Part shown: positions 38,651 to 53,495 of the stretch, in pieces
Numbering within the stretch: the first letter of the stretch is position 1
How the letters are laid out: each line of letters opens with the position of its first letter
Assembly: GCA_964016885.1 (NCBI GenBank)
Contig: OZ024743.1
Coordinates: forward strand, 244,218,001-244,282,000
Length of the DNA stretch: 64,000 nucleotides
Direction: 5' to 3'
Source of the DNA: Eledone cirrhosa
Lineage: Eukaryota
Notes under the pieces: generated by a model
What the model was told of the DNA's origin: nothing
The model's input: only the letters and a program-made list of their open reading frames with translations
Databases searched by the model: none
Made by a program: the position numbers and the translations under genes

Positions 38651-40778
38651 TATTTCTTTATTGGCCACAAGGGCGCGCAAGAAAAGGGGACAATACAAAG
38701 ACATGCCGGGGATTTTACATACAGTCGTGTAAAAAATATAAAAACAAACAATTACAACAATCGAAATCCCCAATAAGGGCGAGGCGCCACAAATGGGTTG
38801 TTTAATACCCCGTCGATAGAACAACCCTCAACTCCAGGAGCGTGTTGTGCAAGTGCTCCTTTCTTCCCTTTGCTCTCTTCTTCAACCTACAGGCTTATAA
38901 ACAGAGAAGGCCCAATCACTCGGGCCATTTTCTCTTCATTCACCCACCTTTCAGTAAATTTACTGGGGTGCAGTGCCTCTCTCTCCACTCTGATTATCCT
39001 TCTAAAGTGATACTTAAAGAAGGGAATCAATTGTTGTCCAGAGAGAAAGGCATCTGTCCTCAGTCCTCTCAATCTCGTCCACCATATAACTTCTTTCACT
39101 ATAACCACCGTACAGAGGAAAACCGCCTCTCTTTCGTTTTTGAAAGAGGCTGGCGGTTTGATCCTTACTATATTCTCGGCAGTCAACTGGATTTGTCCCA
39201 TACGCGACAGCAGTTGTCCTGCATAGTTCCACAGGTCAGTTACGCCCGGGCAGTGTACAATTGCGTGCAGGACTGTTTCAATGTCCAGCGCGCATCTTGG
39301 ACACGTTCTCTTGGAAGGATCCCTGCCGAGGCGTCCGTGCCTGTAGATCTTGTCACGAACCGGTAGAGCTCCTCGGTAGAACTGCCAGGCCAGGGACCTC
39401 TGGAAGTTGTCCATAGGTCCCAGGCGGAAAGTCCTACCAATCAGACTGGTGAGCTCATCGTCTTCGACGCCCAGAGTCTCTCCAAGAATGTCGTCGCCCT
39501 TGTAACGTACAATCCCTCTATAGAATGTCGAAGTGGAGTCTCCACTGATTGCTGCGCCCGCTTGCCAGAGGACTGTGAGCGCCTGGGCGCATTCAATGTG
39601 CCAGGTACCCATCGTTTTCGGTCTTTTCTTCACGCAAGACTGCAACTCCGTCAGCGAGACGAGCTGTGGGAAAGCCTGTCTCACAAACGGTGCCCACACC
39701 GGTTGGGAGTCGGTGAGGAATACCTGGAGATGCCGCAGCCTCAGCGCATGTTTGCGCATCATCAGCCACGGCATTCCCAGCCCTCCGTTGGAAGGGTGCT
39801 GACAGCAGACGGATCTCCTCACCAGCGGAGCCTGCTTCTTCCACAGAAACTGTAAGAGCATGCGTTCCTTCTTGGCGAGGTGTTCACGGGAACAAGGCAC
39901 GACAGTCAAGCGGTAGTAGATGACGGACGCTATGAAAGAGTTCGCCACCTCCGCTCGACCTTTCAAGGACAGTTTGCACTCTGCCCACTTCTGGGTGACT
40001 GCAAACACCTTGGCCGTGACCTCGTTCCAGTTTTTCTCCACCTGGAGGTCTGGACCGAACCAGACCTCGAGCAATTTCACCGGTCCGTCCGTCCAGCGTC
40101 CAACGACGCTGTCGGACGTCATCGGTTTGCCTCTCCACGTACCGAGTTGCAAACTGACAGACTTGTCCGGGTTTAGTTTTGCTCCCCTCAGCGTTTCGTA
40201 TTCTTTCAGTAAGTTGCCGATCACCCCGATTTCCGAGGTGCTCGATTCCATTACCGTCACGTCGTCTGCATAAGCCGACGCCGCTTTGCGCAGTCTCGGT
40301 TCTAGAGGGATGCCTGCAACAGCTCCAATTTCCGCAGTAGTGGCTCTAGAGTCAATACATACACAATGGAGGAAAGAGGGCACCCCTGTCGAATGGAACG
40401 CGTGATTGCGAACGGCTCCGATAGGTAGCCGTTTACCTTGAACCTCGAGCAGATGCTGGTGTGCATCGCCTCGATCCAGCCTCTGAACACGGGACCGAAA
40501 CTGGCCGCCTTGAGAGCCGCTTCCAAGTATCGATGGTCGACCCTATCGAATGCCTTAGACTGATCCAAATTGATCAGAGCCCCACCGGGTTTGCTACCCA
40601 CCCTCTCTATGATGTATCGCATGAGGTGGAGGTTGTCGCGTACGGACCTGGTCGGGATTGCACACATTTGCGCTTTCCCTACCAGGTTCTCGACGACAAG
40701 CGCCAACCTCGTCACTAGCACCTTGGCCAAAATCTGTGTTGAGCAGAGTTATGGGCCTGAAGTTGTTAATTTCGTCCA
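38651..40778 (-). mobile_element. 5'-truncated Tx1-clade LINE (RT through 3' UTR), sister subfamily of 24883-30656
   Basis: ORFs 40302-40730 and 38887-40383 carry LDQSKAFDRVDH, QGCPLS, YADD and CPRC...HAIVHC. 3' end AATAAAGAAATATATCTATCTA. Confidence 0.95.
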
Positions 40779-40891
40779 TAGAGATAGATAGACGTGTACC
40801 AAACACACACACATTTCTTACTCTCTGTCCCTCCCTCTTTCTCTCTTCATTTATATATATATATATATTATATATATATATATATATATAG

Positions 40892-40980
<89 letters not shown>

Positions 40981-41445
40981 CGCGTCTATGTGTGTTTGTG
41001 TGTGTTTGTGTGTGTCTATCTATGTATATATATATAAGGGATACTACTTTCTCACTGTCTCCAAGCTTCTCAATTCATTCGTTGCTAAGTATTTTATTTT
41101 GCTACGAGGTATTTTATTTTGCAAGGTACTATTTTTCCCCTGAGTTTGTGATTTCAGAGAAAGGTAAGAAATTCTTCATATTTTACATCTTTTGTATTTT
41201 GACTTTACAATTTGAATTGTAGAATTGTTTATCCAATCAAAATAATACAATAACTAACAGTAAAATACAGAATTTAAAAAAAAGCTTTTTCGACTGAAAT
41301 CAAGTCTTTGAGAACATTCACGTCTATTTTTCAAAAATATATAATTTGAAATAGTTTGCTTTTGTTTTGGACTGAAACTTTTTTTGTATTTAATTCGTAC
41401 GGGTATTTTTTAAAGATCTTTTTAAAGATTCTAACATAACTTGAT

Positions 41446-41910
41446 TTGGCCCATTACGTGCACTGCGGCATTCATATTTCTCAACTTATTATAACTAAGT
41501 CCGTACAACAAGCTTCACTTATCAAAACTGTTCTAGATTACGTGAATGAATTGCGGAAACTATATAGTACATCAGGGAAATTTAAGCAAGCGTATTTATC
41601 ACAACATGATGAAGAAAATGAAGTATCGTCACCACGCTCCTTAACACCTGTGTGCCCTACTCGATGGCTAACACGACTTTCTGCAGTCAAAGCCCTTCTT
41701 GACAATTATTCAGATGTCCCTATTTCTTTACAAGAGTCAACAAATGAGTTTGGCACCAACATTGCATCCAGAGCTAATGTTATTCTTACGTGTCACTCTC
41801 CGGACCAATGTGTTCTTGGATTGCACGTTGTAGTTCCATTACTTCAATTCCTTGAAGGATTGAAGAAATCTTTTCAAAGTACCACCTTCAATCTAGGTAG
41901 CATGTTGCTT
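41446..41910 (+). pseudogene. hAT transposase fragment of the ZMYM1/Tip-like type
   Basis: YVHCGIH (CxxH motif) and LTPVCPTRWLTRLSAV. Confidence 0.7.
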
Positions 41911-42657
41911 CTTTGAATTGTTCGACTCTATCATTGAGTTTCTTCGAGGACGCAACACAGAACTGTATAAAAAAAAAACCTCGATGTGAGGCAAGACTGC
42001 GCCTACCTCGCCGACATCTTCGACAAATGCAATAGATTCATTATGGCTTTGCAGGAGGAGAAGATCACCTTGTTTAAAGCAAGGAATGCTGTGAAAATAT
42101 TCCTGGCCAAATTGAAAGTCATCGAAAGGAATCTTTGTCGACGGGAATTCTATAATTTTCCTAGTGTCGCCAATGTTCAAAACATTGTGAGCGATGACCA
42201 ACTCCAAATTTATACCGCGCACCTCCGTGCACTACAAGACAACATGAGAGAACGGTTTGTCGAACTTTTGCAGATGGACATCAAAATGTAGATAGCAGAT
42301 CCCTTCATAGCTAACGTCGATGATTTGGACGTTAAATTTCAGGAAGAATTAATTGAACTTCAGACAGATGATATTATCAAAATAAAATTTTCCAAAATAG
42401 GTGAACCCCTTTTTTGGATGCAAGAGGAAATTCAGCGTCGATTTCTACTCCTACGTGCAGAGGCTAAGAGATTTGCTTTGCCTTTCCCTAGCTCATACTT
42501 AGTCGAGAGGGGGTTTGGTGCTGTTTCCAGACTGCATAGTAAGGCTCGCAACCGCTACAATGTGATTGCACGTGGACATCTCCGGCTACAGCTCACGAAA
42601 ATCCAGCCTGGCGTCAAAGAGTTAGCTAAATCCCATGAAGCTCAAGGGTCCCATTGA
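41910..42657 (+). pseudogene. Buster/Charlie (SCAND3/ZBED5-like) transposase C-terminus with stops
   Basis: AYLADIFDKCN, FQEELIELQTD, PFPSSYLVERGFGAV and AKSHEAQGSH*. Confidence 0.88.
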
Positions 42658-43655
42658 TACGAGGTCAAAGTAAGTCGATTTTTTATTTGTAGTTGCAGTC
42701 TCACTGGACTGGAAACCATCTACCACAATTCACTTACTCATTTGTTGTATATATTTTACCGTTTACTAATGAATATACCCTCTTACGTGGTCATGAAAAC
42801 CCTCTTGCGTGGTCTCTAAGCTCACAAAGCGGAGGGGACATCAAGTTAGATATCAACATTTATTCTGTCCGTTTCATTAAAGGGAAAATTGGAAAGCTTT
42901 GGAATAATACAATTGTCACTTTCTTCCAGATAAGAGCACTCTTTTGATAGACAGAGTTTCTCTTGTATAAATGTTCAAAATAGCTGGTATCGTCTGGTGG
43001 GAATATAACAAATTCAACTGGTCCTTATTCATAAAAAAGAACATTTATGTTCCTTTTTTTTTAAATTTATATACTTCCTTTCAAGGAATGTATTTATACT
43101 TTCAACTGCCTGCAATGGTATCTTTGGAATATCGTTAATCAATTTTTTACTAATCTACTGATATCAAAATCAGTAGTATATTGAAAAATGGAAAAATAGG
43201 GTAGGGGGACGTTTCGTGATTTTGAGGGGCAAAAGGGGTCGTTTGGCCGAAATGGGTTGAGAACCTTTGCCGTAGACCATTCTATCAGACATTCTAACGG
43301 CACAGCAAATTCGCCGTCTGCCTACATAAACTAAAAATATGGTCACAACTAGGTGCAGGTATAACTGTGTGGTTAGAGCATTTGCTTCAAAACCATATTG
43401 TTCTGGATTCAATCCTGATTCGCGGTACATTGGGGAAATGTATTTTACTATAACCTCGGGTTATGAACAGCGCAGTATACTTTCATTGGTCAATACGTAA
43501 AACTTACAGCCAGTTTATATATAGATAACTAAATGCCGTTTGCCATCGATGCCTACGGTGTCCTCATTCCCCCGATTGCTGTTTTCCTCAGTCAAATCGG
43601 GAGAAGTCTCTTGAGGTAGAATGAATGATGCAGTAAAGGGTATCTTTGGCTGTTT

Positions 43656-44026
43656 CAGACCCGCCAACCTCTAAAAACCCAAACGAGGAGTACCATGAAA
43701 AAAAGTGTCCCCAAAGCGGGGAGAAATGATACAAAATGGGGAGATTTTATATAATTGTTTCTACTTTTGGCACAAGGCCAGCAATTAACCCAGTGTATTA
43801 CTGGTACTTTATTTTATCGACTCCGTAAGGATGAAAAGCAAAGTTAACCTCGGTGGGATTGGCACTCAGACCATAAAGGGCCGTAACTCTTTGCTGCAAA
43901 GCATGGCGTCCGACCCTCTACTGATACTGCCAATCCACCACCCATTTTTACAAGAGAACACATCCCTCACCCACCTGAAAGTGGGTGGGAGATCTTCCCG
44001 TCGGACGGGGAGAGTTGACAGGTCTG
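43656..44026. mobile_element. MITE (family of 31784-31976) containing a minus-strand SINE at about 43752-43938
   Basis: CAGACCCGCCAACC...AGTTGACAGGTCTG; the internal sequence is the reverse complement of 31784-31976. Confidence 0.75.
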
Positions 44027-45104
44027 CTGTTCTTTGGGGCAATGTTTTTACCATTTTGTCCGTGAGGTGCAGCTGAAATATACCCTCAAACCAATTTTCT
44101 ACTTATCTTCTTCTATATTTATTTATTTTTCTTTCATTCCTCACTATCTTTTCTGTTTTTTTTTTTCCTTCTCTTCCTATTTGTAAAGATATACAATTGA
44201 ATATGAAATTTTGTATCAATAAAATGTTCGTTTACATTGACGAACATTATCTTTAAAGAACATACTTAGTGTTTTTTTTTTTTTTTTTTTCAAGTGAAAT
44301 TCTTTTGTAGGGTGTCGTGTAATTAGCATTAAATGTTGGGATAGAGAGCAGGCTTGTGCAGTAGAGAGGGGAGTAAATGGGAAAAAGAGCACGAGAGACG
44401 GTAGACTGATATTGGAAAGGAGTGAAGAAAGACGTGAGAAAGAGGGGACAGTCAACTTCATATGACTACTTGACGTCTCTGTAAGTAGTAATTATCATAT
44501 TTTATATACAAATACGGCGGTCGATTTAGCATTGTCGTTATAGTATTAGATATTTGTTCCGGGTCTTTGCGTTCTGAGTTCAAATCTCACCGAGGTCCAC
44601 TTAGCCTTTCATACTTTCGGAGTCGATAAAGAAAGTACTAGACCAGTGCTGGTGCAGACAGCTTTCTCTCTCTACTTCCAGCTGTCACATCCTAGATGCT
44701 CCACTAGATCAAGGGAGGGAGAGTCGAGAGTTTGTCTGTGCCTATTTGTAATTGCATGGACATCTAAAACGCTTACTACCATGTCATACTCGATTGCAAG
44801 TGGCGGTTGTACTTTCGATCGACGCCAAAATACAAACTATTTCACCTAGAATACAAACACATTTATACCCACACATATGCATGTATATGTTTAAACACAC
44901 ATACGTTTGTATATGTGTAAACATGAGATACTGATATGGAGAAGGCAAACTCATATATATTGCAACACATACACAACAAATTCTGTGCACATATATGAGT
45001 ACAGGCTTGGCTGTGTAGTTGAGAAGTTCGCTTCACAGCCCCGTGCTTCTGGGTTCAGTCCCGCATCATGGCACCTTGATTGACCAATGTCAATATTATA
45101 ACTA

Positions 45105-45530
45105 ATTGCTGGGGTGGCTCCCTAGAAGTAGTTGCCAGCTTCTCTTACTTAAGCGACTAAGTTAACAGTGAAAGTTGATATTCTGAAAGTAAAATAGTTT
45201 TAGTGAGATACGGTTGGAAAAAATTCGGGAACTACTACCTCTGCAAAGAATTTCCCCCTCAGAATGAAAGGCAGAATCTATGATGTATGTGGGCACACTG
45301 CGATGCTACATAAAAGTGAAACTTAAGTGCAAAGAATTTGCGAAGATTGGAAAGAAATGAGGCGGGATGCACCAATAAACGTGCAGCAGCAATATACATG
45401 AACGTCAAAGCATTAATGAACTGAAAGAAAAGGCCTGGACGAAAGATGGCTGTGATGCAGTGTACAAGCGATGGACATGCGATGTGTTCCCAATAGAAAG
45501 TGATAATACTTTAGGATAATTCCAGGGAAA
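45105..45530 (+). mobile_element. Decayed RTE-clade LINE C-terminal fragment
   Basis: With shifts it reads GWKKF.ELLPL..FPLRMKGRIYDVC..AMLH.SET..LRRLERNE, typical of the post-RT region of RTE elements. Confidence 0.7.
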
Positions 45531-45869
45531 CTCCAAACAAAACCTTCGACTACACTGTCGCATCAAGGGTACTGAAAATGCCCTCCCCCAATTCTATTCG
45601 TTCTGCTTAGGAAGGGTAGGTCCAATCAGCTTAGTCATTCTTGTCGCTTTCACTCATCTTTCATAAATCACACTGGAACGCAATACTTCCTTCTATCTCT
45701 TATCTTCCTTTTCAAGTGGTACTTGAGAAAGTTGAATGGGACATGGCCGGAGAAGAAGAATCTTCTTCTCAAATATTTTAGATGTGTCCACCCTACAGCT
45801 TCTTTTGCCGTCGCTACCAGGTAGAGGAATACTTGCCACACTTCCCTTCTATTTTGATAGAGGGTGGGG

Positions 45870-46405
45870 GATAAGAAAGTTGACTAAATCGACCCACTAC
45901 TTGAATAGTTCTTTACTTCATTGGCCCCAGAAGAATGAAAAGTAAAGTTGACTTCTGCGGAATTTGAACTAAAAAAATAAAGAGCCAGAACAAATACTGT
46001 AAAGTGTTTAGTTCGACGTTAAAATGCTTTTGCTAATAATAATTGTTTCTAACAAGGAAGGCAAGCAATTTGAAGGGAGTGAAAAGTCGATTACATTGCT
46101 CCCATCATTTAAATGGTACTTCATTTTATCAACTCCAAAAGGATGAAGGGCAAAATTGATCCGGCAGGATTTGAACTCAGAATGTAAAGGGCCGTGATTA
46201 AATACCGCCACAAAGCATTTTTCAGATACCCTTACGATTCTGCCAATCCACCACCCTTCTTCTGCCAAAAATAACAGTTTCTGATTTAGGCACAAGGCCA
46301 ACAAATTTGTTGGGAATGGAAAGTTGATTGAATCGACCCCAATGCATTACTGGTGCTTCATTTTATCGATTCTGTAATGAATGAATGGCAAAGCTAACCT
46401 CGGCT
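45870..46405 (-). mobile_element. Cluster of three Meta-like SINE copies
   Basis: Core TACTTCATTTTATCGA...GGATGAA..GCAAA at about 45915, 46120 and 46355. Confidence 0.75.
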
Positions 46406-47394
46406 AATAATAATGATATATTTTGTTGTCCTCAAAGGCCTTCTAGCCACATAATGTAAAACATACAAAGTAGTTACGAAAAATGTGGGGATGTACATGA
46501 TGCAACTGAGACAACTCACAATACAACAGAAAAAAAAAACAAATTGTCAGCTCAGGCGCTAATGATTTTTATTGCCCTATTGGGTGGGGAATAGCTACTC
46601 CCTCTCATAGTTGTATATTTTGCAATTGTTTTGTCATCAACAGAAATCTATCGGTTGTCGCCTTTGATATTAGCTGGGCGTAGAATTGCTGTTCTCCTGC
46701 TTGGATTACATATGCGGCTTCCACTTTGAAATCCTTTCATATATGCACATTTTGCAACTGTTTGAAGACCTCTGATTTGGACCTCAACAGAAATTTGTCG
46801 GTTCCTACCTTTGATAGTTGTTCCATGTCCTTTAATATGTATTTACTTGTCGTTTGAGTATCTCATACATCATTAACTCAGTGTTCCCCTCCCGCAGAAA
46901 CTAGAAAAGTTAAAGACTATATATGTTGTTGCTATAGTTGTTTTAATCGGAATTTTCGTTGTTGCTGCAATTGTTGTTGTGACTATGCATTTCCCTGCTG
47001 CTGTTGATATTGCTCTTTATGTCCAGGTCGGAGTCTTTGTTGTGCTTGCAAGTATATTTTTGTTGACATTGCTGTCGTTTAATTTGTTTTTGACCTTTTT
47101 GCGGTGGTTGTAGTGACTGGTCTGTGTACTCATTTACCCAATGGTATTTCTGGTATTTTTGTAGTAAATCGGCGGTCATTGGCCTTTTATGTTGTTCTAA
47201 ACCTTCAACTACGGTTTGTCATGTTCCACATTCTCTCCTTCTCTTCATTATTCGAACATTCAGGGGAGTTAAAGAAATGAGAAGAGGGAGAAGGTAGAAG
47301 AGGAGAAGGAAGTGAAGTAGGAGGGGGAATGTTCGTTTGTGCATGTTTGTGTTGGCGTTGCTGTATAACCAATCAACAATCGGCTCCGGTGTCT

Positions 47395-47715
47395 TGGTAT
47401 TGTTGTTGCAGCTGTTGTTATTGTTGTCACTGTGGCTGTTGTAGCTGATGTTGTTACTGTTGTTGCGGCTGTTGTTATTGTTGTTACTGCTGCTGTTGTT
47501 GTTGCTACTGCTGTTGTTGTTGTTGCTTCTGCTGCTGTTGTTGTTGCTACTGCTCTTGTTTTTGTTGCTATTGCTGTTGATGTTCTTACTGCTGTTGTTG
47601 ATGGTGTTGCTATTGCTGTTGATGATGTTATTGTTGTTGTTGCTGGTGCTGTTGATGTTATTGTTGCTGCCGTTGTTGATGTTGTTGCTACTGCTATTAG
47701 TCTTGTTGTGGTTGC
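47395..47715. repeat. (GTT/GCT)n low-complexity tract
   Basis: Direct reading. Confidence 0.9.
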
Positions 47716-48589
47716 GGTGTTAGGGGCGGTACATGTTTATCTTATCTTGGTTTTAATGGTGGGTAGAAGGCACCTGTGAAAGTGTGTGGCTTAATAGATA
47801 GGGTGTTGGGTTCGCGATCGTAAGGTCGTAAGTTCAATTATTGGCGAGCTGTTATGCCTTAAGCTTGATACTTTAATTCATGTTGCTCCAATCAACCCAG
47901 TTTGAAAAAAAATGAGTTGAAACTGTAATTCAAAAAGCCAAGCCTTATCACACACTGGGTTACGCTGACTCTCCCTGTGAACTACGTGTCTGTGGAATAC
48001 TCAGCCACTTGCGCATTAATTTCACGAACTAAAATCTGAAGCACTCATCGTCGGAACTCTCGGAGGTCCAACAACAACTATGTCTCAGTTTCTATATAAC
48101 TAACCCCCCCCCCCTTCTCTTCCTCCTTTCCTCTCTCTCTCTCTCTGTTTGTTTGTTTCACCTTTCCTCTTCCCTCTTCTCCTCCGGCACCTCCTTCCCA
48201 CACTCTGTTCTTTCTTTACCATGTTGCCAGATAAGTGAATCGGAAAGTATATTCAGTATCTGAGTGGCCCACAGATCTACAGAAAGAAAATAAAACAACA
48301 GAACTGGCAAGCGCCAAATCCGGCCCCTTCATACGTTAGTCGAATTTTAAAAAATAAAAGCATTTCCAAATACTTGACAATATAAAAAATCTCATGACCA
48401 ATGAAACAAAATGAAAGGATCCGATCGTTTAATCGGACAACGGGAACAGTGTTTCCGTTGTTGACAATATCTGCCGGTTGGATCACCTGACAGAAAAAGG
48501 AGGCATCTAAACTCAGAATGCATATAGACGGATCAGGTACTGCAAAGCATCGCATCAGACTCTTCAATAGTTCCGCCTATCCATCATAC

Positions 48590-48940
48590 CTGGACTGGTG
48601 TTTTATATATCGATCTCCGATGGGATTAAAGGTAAAGTTAACCTTAGTGGAATTTAAACCCAGAAAGCACACAACGGATAAGGTATCGCAAAGCATCCCA
48701 TTCGCCAGTCTACCTCCAATTCACCGATGCCCGAGAGCATGAAAAGATGGTTGCCTTCGGCAGGATTTGAACTCAGAAAGCACACAACCGGATAAGATAT
48801 TGCAAAGCATCCCATTCGACAATCTACCGCCAATTCACCGATGCCCAAAAGCATAAAAAGATGGCTGCCTTTGGCGGGATTTGAACTCAGAGCGGCATCT
48901 AGTCTGCCACCGTGCTAACGACTGCGCTAATTCGCCACCA
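48590..48940 (-). repeat. SINE-head-derived tandem repeat, about 113-bp period
   Basis: CAGAAAGCACACAAC at 48661 and 48774; each unit retains a GATTTGAACTC-like B-box complement. Confidence 0.75.
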
Positions 48941-49144
48941 ATGAAATATCAGAGGTATTTTGGGATATCAATTGAGAATAGGAACTGTACAAATCGAGAC
49001 GAGATTGTAAACTAATTAAATAGCTATAAACACTGCAAGAATGTATAGCGAGAAACCTGTCATACATTCGTAATTGCGCTCTTTATCTTTCCTCTCATCC
49101 TCTTTCATTCCCTCCCACATTCCACATACCATTGCACACTCAAA

Positions 49145-49237
<93 letters not shown>

Positions 49238-49250
49238 AAATATATATATT

Positions 49251-49327
<77 letters not shown>

Positions 49328-49361
49328 ATAAATATATATATATTTACATACATATTTATTT

Positions 49362-49398
<37 letters not shown>

Positions 49399-49697
49399 AG
49401 TGTGTGTGTGTGTCTATGTGTGTGTTTATACATATATCCATATATATGTATATATTTATGTATACATACATTTACATACATACATGTGTGTATATATGGA
49501 TCTATGCATACATGCATTTATGTATATGTATTTGTATATGAATGAATTTGTATGTACGTGTACGAGTGCGTATACGTGTACATTCATACTCTTATACACA
49601 CATACACAGTCACATACATATACACTCCACACTCCCACACACTGACACGTGCTTACATACATGCATACACACACACACACACACATACATACATACA

Positions 49698-49731
<34 letters not shown>

Positions 49732-50799
49732 CATACATATGTATACATCCATACGTACATGCATACATATACATACATATATACATGCATACATATATAC
49801 ATACTTGCATACATACGTACATACATACATTTACATATATACATACATATGCATACATATATACATACATACATATACATACATATATACATACATATGC
49901 ATACATATATACATACATACTTACATACATACGTACATACATACATATATACATACATACGTACGTACGTACATACATACATACATATATGCATACATAC
50001 ACACATAGACATTCACGTAGAAATACAGTAGCGTTCATAAAAATACATCCACCGTGATATTCTGGTAAGGAATTCGAAAATGGAAAATAAACAAAAGGAG
50101 TTCAGTACAAGATAAGCAATACGCGAAACATGTGAGGAATTCCCCTCAAAATCTCTGAAACAGTGCCGAATGGAGAACTGCAAAGATAACTAGAATTCCA
50201 CGCCATTTTATGCCAAGTGCTCGCCAAGGAATTTTATAGGGATGATGAAATACACACAGAATTATCTTCGGGTCATTGTAATACTGGTGCCTCTCTCAAA
50301 TTTAAACAAAATAAATAATGCCAAAACCCAAACAATAAAGTAAAACAAAACTACAAAAAAAAAAAATCTAAAATCAAAACAAAAATGCAAACAAAAAGAA
50401 AACTAAAAATGAAACAAAAATACAAAAACAAAACAAAATTAAAAACAAAACAAAAATACAAACAAAAAGAAAACTAAAAACAAAACAAAAAATACAAACA
50501 AATGCAAAACTAAAAACAAAACAAAAAATACAAACAAAAGCAAAACTAAACACAAAACACAAAAATAACAAAAAACAAAACAAAACTAAAAACAAAATAA
50601 AAATACAAAAAGAAAACAAAACAAAAATACAAGCGAAAAGAAAACTAAAAACAAAACAAAAACAAACAAGTGAAAAGAAAGACTACTGAGATTCTAACCA
50701 AAATTTCTCCCTAAATAAATAATTATATAGATAAATAGATTAATTAGTTCTCCAAACACGTTGAGGTAAATAATGGGGCAAATATTCCTAAAAATATGA

Positions 50800-52575
50800 A
50801 ACCACTGTCATCACTACCATTATTACTGTCACTACCACCATTACCATCACATTACCACTGCCACCACCATCACTACCACCATTACCATCACATTACCACT
50901 GCCACCACCATCACTACCAATGTTACCATCACATTACCACTGCCACCACCATCACTACCAATGTTACCATCACCATCACTACCACCATTACCATCACATT
51001 ACCACTGCCACCACCATCACTACCAATGTTACCATCACTACCACCATTACCATCACATTACCACTGCCACCACCATCACTACCACCATTAGCATCACGTT
51101 ACCACTGCCACCACCATCACTACCAGCGTTACCATCACCATCACTACCACCATTACCATCACATTACCACTGCCACCACCATCACTACCACCATTACCAT
51201 CACATTACCACTGCCACCACCATCACTACCACCATTACCATCACAATACCACTGCCACCACCATCACTACGAATGTTACCATCACAATACCACTGCCACC
51301 ACCATCACTATGAATGTTACCATCACCATCACTACCATCATTACCATCACATTACCACTGCCACCACCATCACTACCAACGTTACCATCACTACCACCAT
51401 TAGCATCACATTACCACTGCCACCACCATCACTACCACCATTACCATCACATTACCACTGCCACCACCATCACTACCAACGTTACCATCACTACCACCAT
51501 TACCATCACATTACCACTGCCACCACCATCACTACCACCATTACCATCACATTACCACTGCCACCACCATCACTACCAACATTACCATCACATTACCACT
51601 GCCACCACCATCACTACAACCATTACCATCACATTACCACTGCCACCACCATCACATTACCACTGCCACCACCATCACTACCACCATTACCATCACATTA
51701 CCACTGCCACCACCATCACTACCACCATTACCATCACATTACCACTGCCACCACCATCACATTACCACTGCCACCACCATCACTACCACCATTACCACTG
51801 CCACCATTAGCATCACATTACCACTGCCACTACCATCACATTACCACTGCCACCACCATCACGTGACCACTGCGACCGACCACCATCACGTGACCACTGC
51901 CACCACCTTCACTACCATCACCAACATTACCAACACTACCATTAGTTCCATCATTATCATCACTACCATCACTACCATCTCCAACAATACCACTACCGTC
52001 ACTCCCACTTGTACCGCCACTACCACCACTAACATCGCTACCCCTACTACCATCATCACCATTTCTACCATCAATGCCGATACAACCATCACAACCATCA
52101 CAACGACCACTACTATCATCACTTACGTATTCTACCCTATCTGCGCCACCACCATCACCACCACCACCACCACCACTACCACCACCACAACCACCATTAC
52201 CAACCCCACCAACATAGTCAACTCCCCATCTAAATCCCTACCACCACTATTGCCAACAATATCACCACCACCACCACCACCACCACCACCACCACCACCA
52301 CCACCACCACCACCACCACCACCACCACTACCACCACCACAAGCACCATTACCAACACCACCAACATAGTCAATACCCCATCTAAATCCCTACCACCACT
52401 ATTGCCAACAATATCACCACCACCACCACCACCACCACCACAACCACCATCACCACCACCACCACCACCACCACCACCACAACCACCATTACCAACACCA
52501 CCAACATAGTCAACACCCCATCTAAATCCCTACCACCACTATTGCCAACAATATCACCACAACCACCATGAAAAT
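50800..52575 (+). repeat. (ACC)-based minisatellite and low-complexity region
   Basis: Unit ACCACTGCCACCACCATCACTACCACCATTACCATCACATT with variants; then poly-(CCA) with repeated CCAACATAGTCAA.ACCCCATCTAAATCCCTACC. Confidence 0.95.
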
Positions 52576-52921
52576 CACCACCTACATATTCAATACCCAC
52601 CCCTCTACCATTACGACAAGGATAAGAAATTCAAGGAATAAAGAGTGTTTGCTTCTCAAACTTAGCCGAATGCTGAAGAAACACACGGTTTCCTTTAATT
52701 GTCTTATAGAAAAGATAAAAGACAGACCAGAAATAATAATCAAAATATAATCAGAAAATAGATTATTCTAAATGAATTCAGTAGAACAGTAACTTAATGT
52801 AAGTATATATAGATGAAGCGACCAATCTTAAACTTCAAAGTTACTGCCATTCTTCTCTTCAAAAAATAAATTTAGCACTCTGCATACACGTATTCATTGC
52901 TCATTCACAAAAATGCTTGTA

Positions 52922-52956
<35 letters not shown>

Positions 52957-53187
52957 GTGTAAATATGATAATAATGATGGCTGCGCGTTGCACATGGTGG
53001 GGCATATGAAAAAGTAGGTCCTTCATCAGTGACCCTCCAACCGTCCCAGGCATTTCATCGCTTTAAGGGCCATATGCCTCAGGTTGGTGCGAACAACGGC
53101 TAAAAAAAGTCGTTGGGACACGTAAACAAAGGGGACGCCAGGGTAACAAACAAAAGGGTTTAAGCAACGGAAAGTGAGACGAAATAG

Positions 53188-53258
<71 letters not shown>

Positions 53259-53265
<7 letters not shown>

Positions 53266-53495
53266 AAGTTAAATAAAAAGTCAAATGATTAAAATTTAGC
53301 TTCGTTTATTACTGCTATATATATTTCAGTGACAGCCATCTTTGGCTGTGACCTCTTCAGGCAGTTTGAATTAGTATGGTATAGACAAACTGCCTGAAGA
53401 GGTCACAGCGAAAGATGGCTGTCACTGAAATATATATAGCAGTAATAAACGAAGCTAAATTTTAATCATTTGACTTTTTATTTAACTTTATTTTA
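53259..53495. repeat. Fold-back palindrome (110-bp arms, 17-nt spacer) with an HHR in each arm; 3' tail to about 53590; next to (TA)n
   Basis: 53259-53368 is the near-exact reverse complement of 53386-53495. Confidence 0.95.
53389..53443 (+). ncRNA. Minimal type I hammerhead (mirror copy at 53311-53365, minus strand)
   Basis: Stem I ACTGC/GCAGT; CTGAAGA; stem II GGTCACAGC/GCTGTCACT; GAA; palindromic ATATATAT; cleavage after A53438. Confidence 0.8.

Noticed and set aside
46420-46870. R4/Dong-like LINE remnant on the minus strand
   Set aside because: Only a faint resemblance after several frameshifts; too decayed to support.
50796-52369. His/Thr/Pro-rich 356-aa and 296-aa ORFs as a structural protein
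   Set aside because: Several frames stay open because the ACC-based repeat lacks stop codons; there is no unique domain or splice support.
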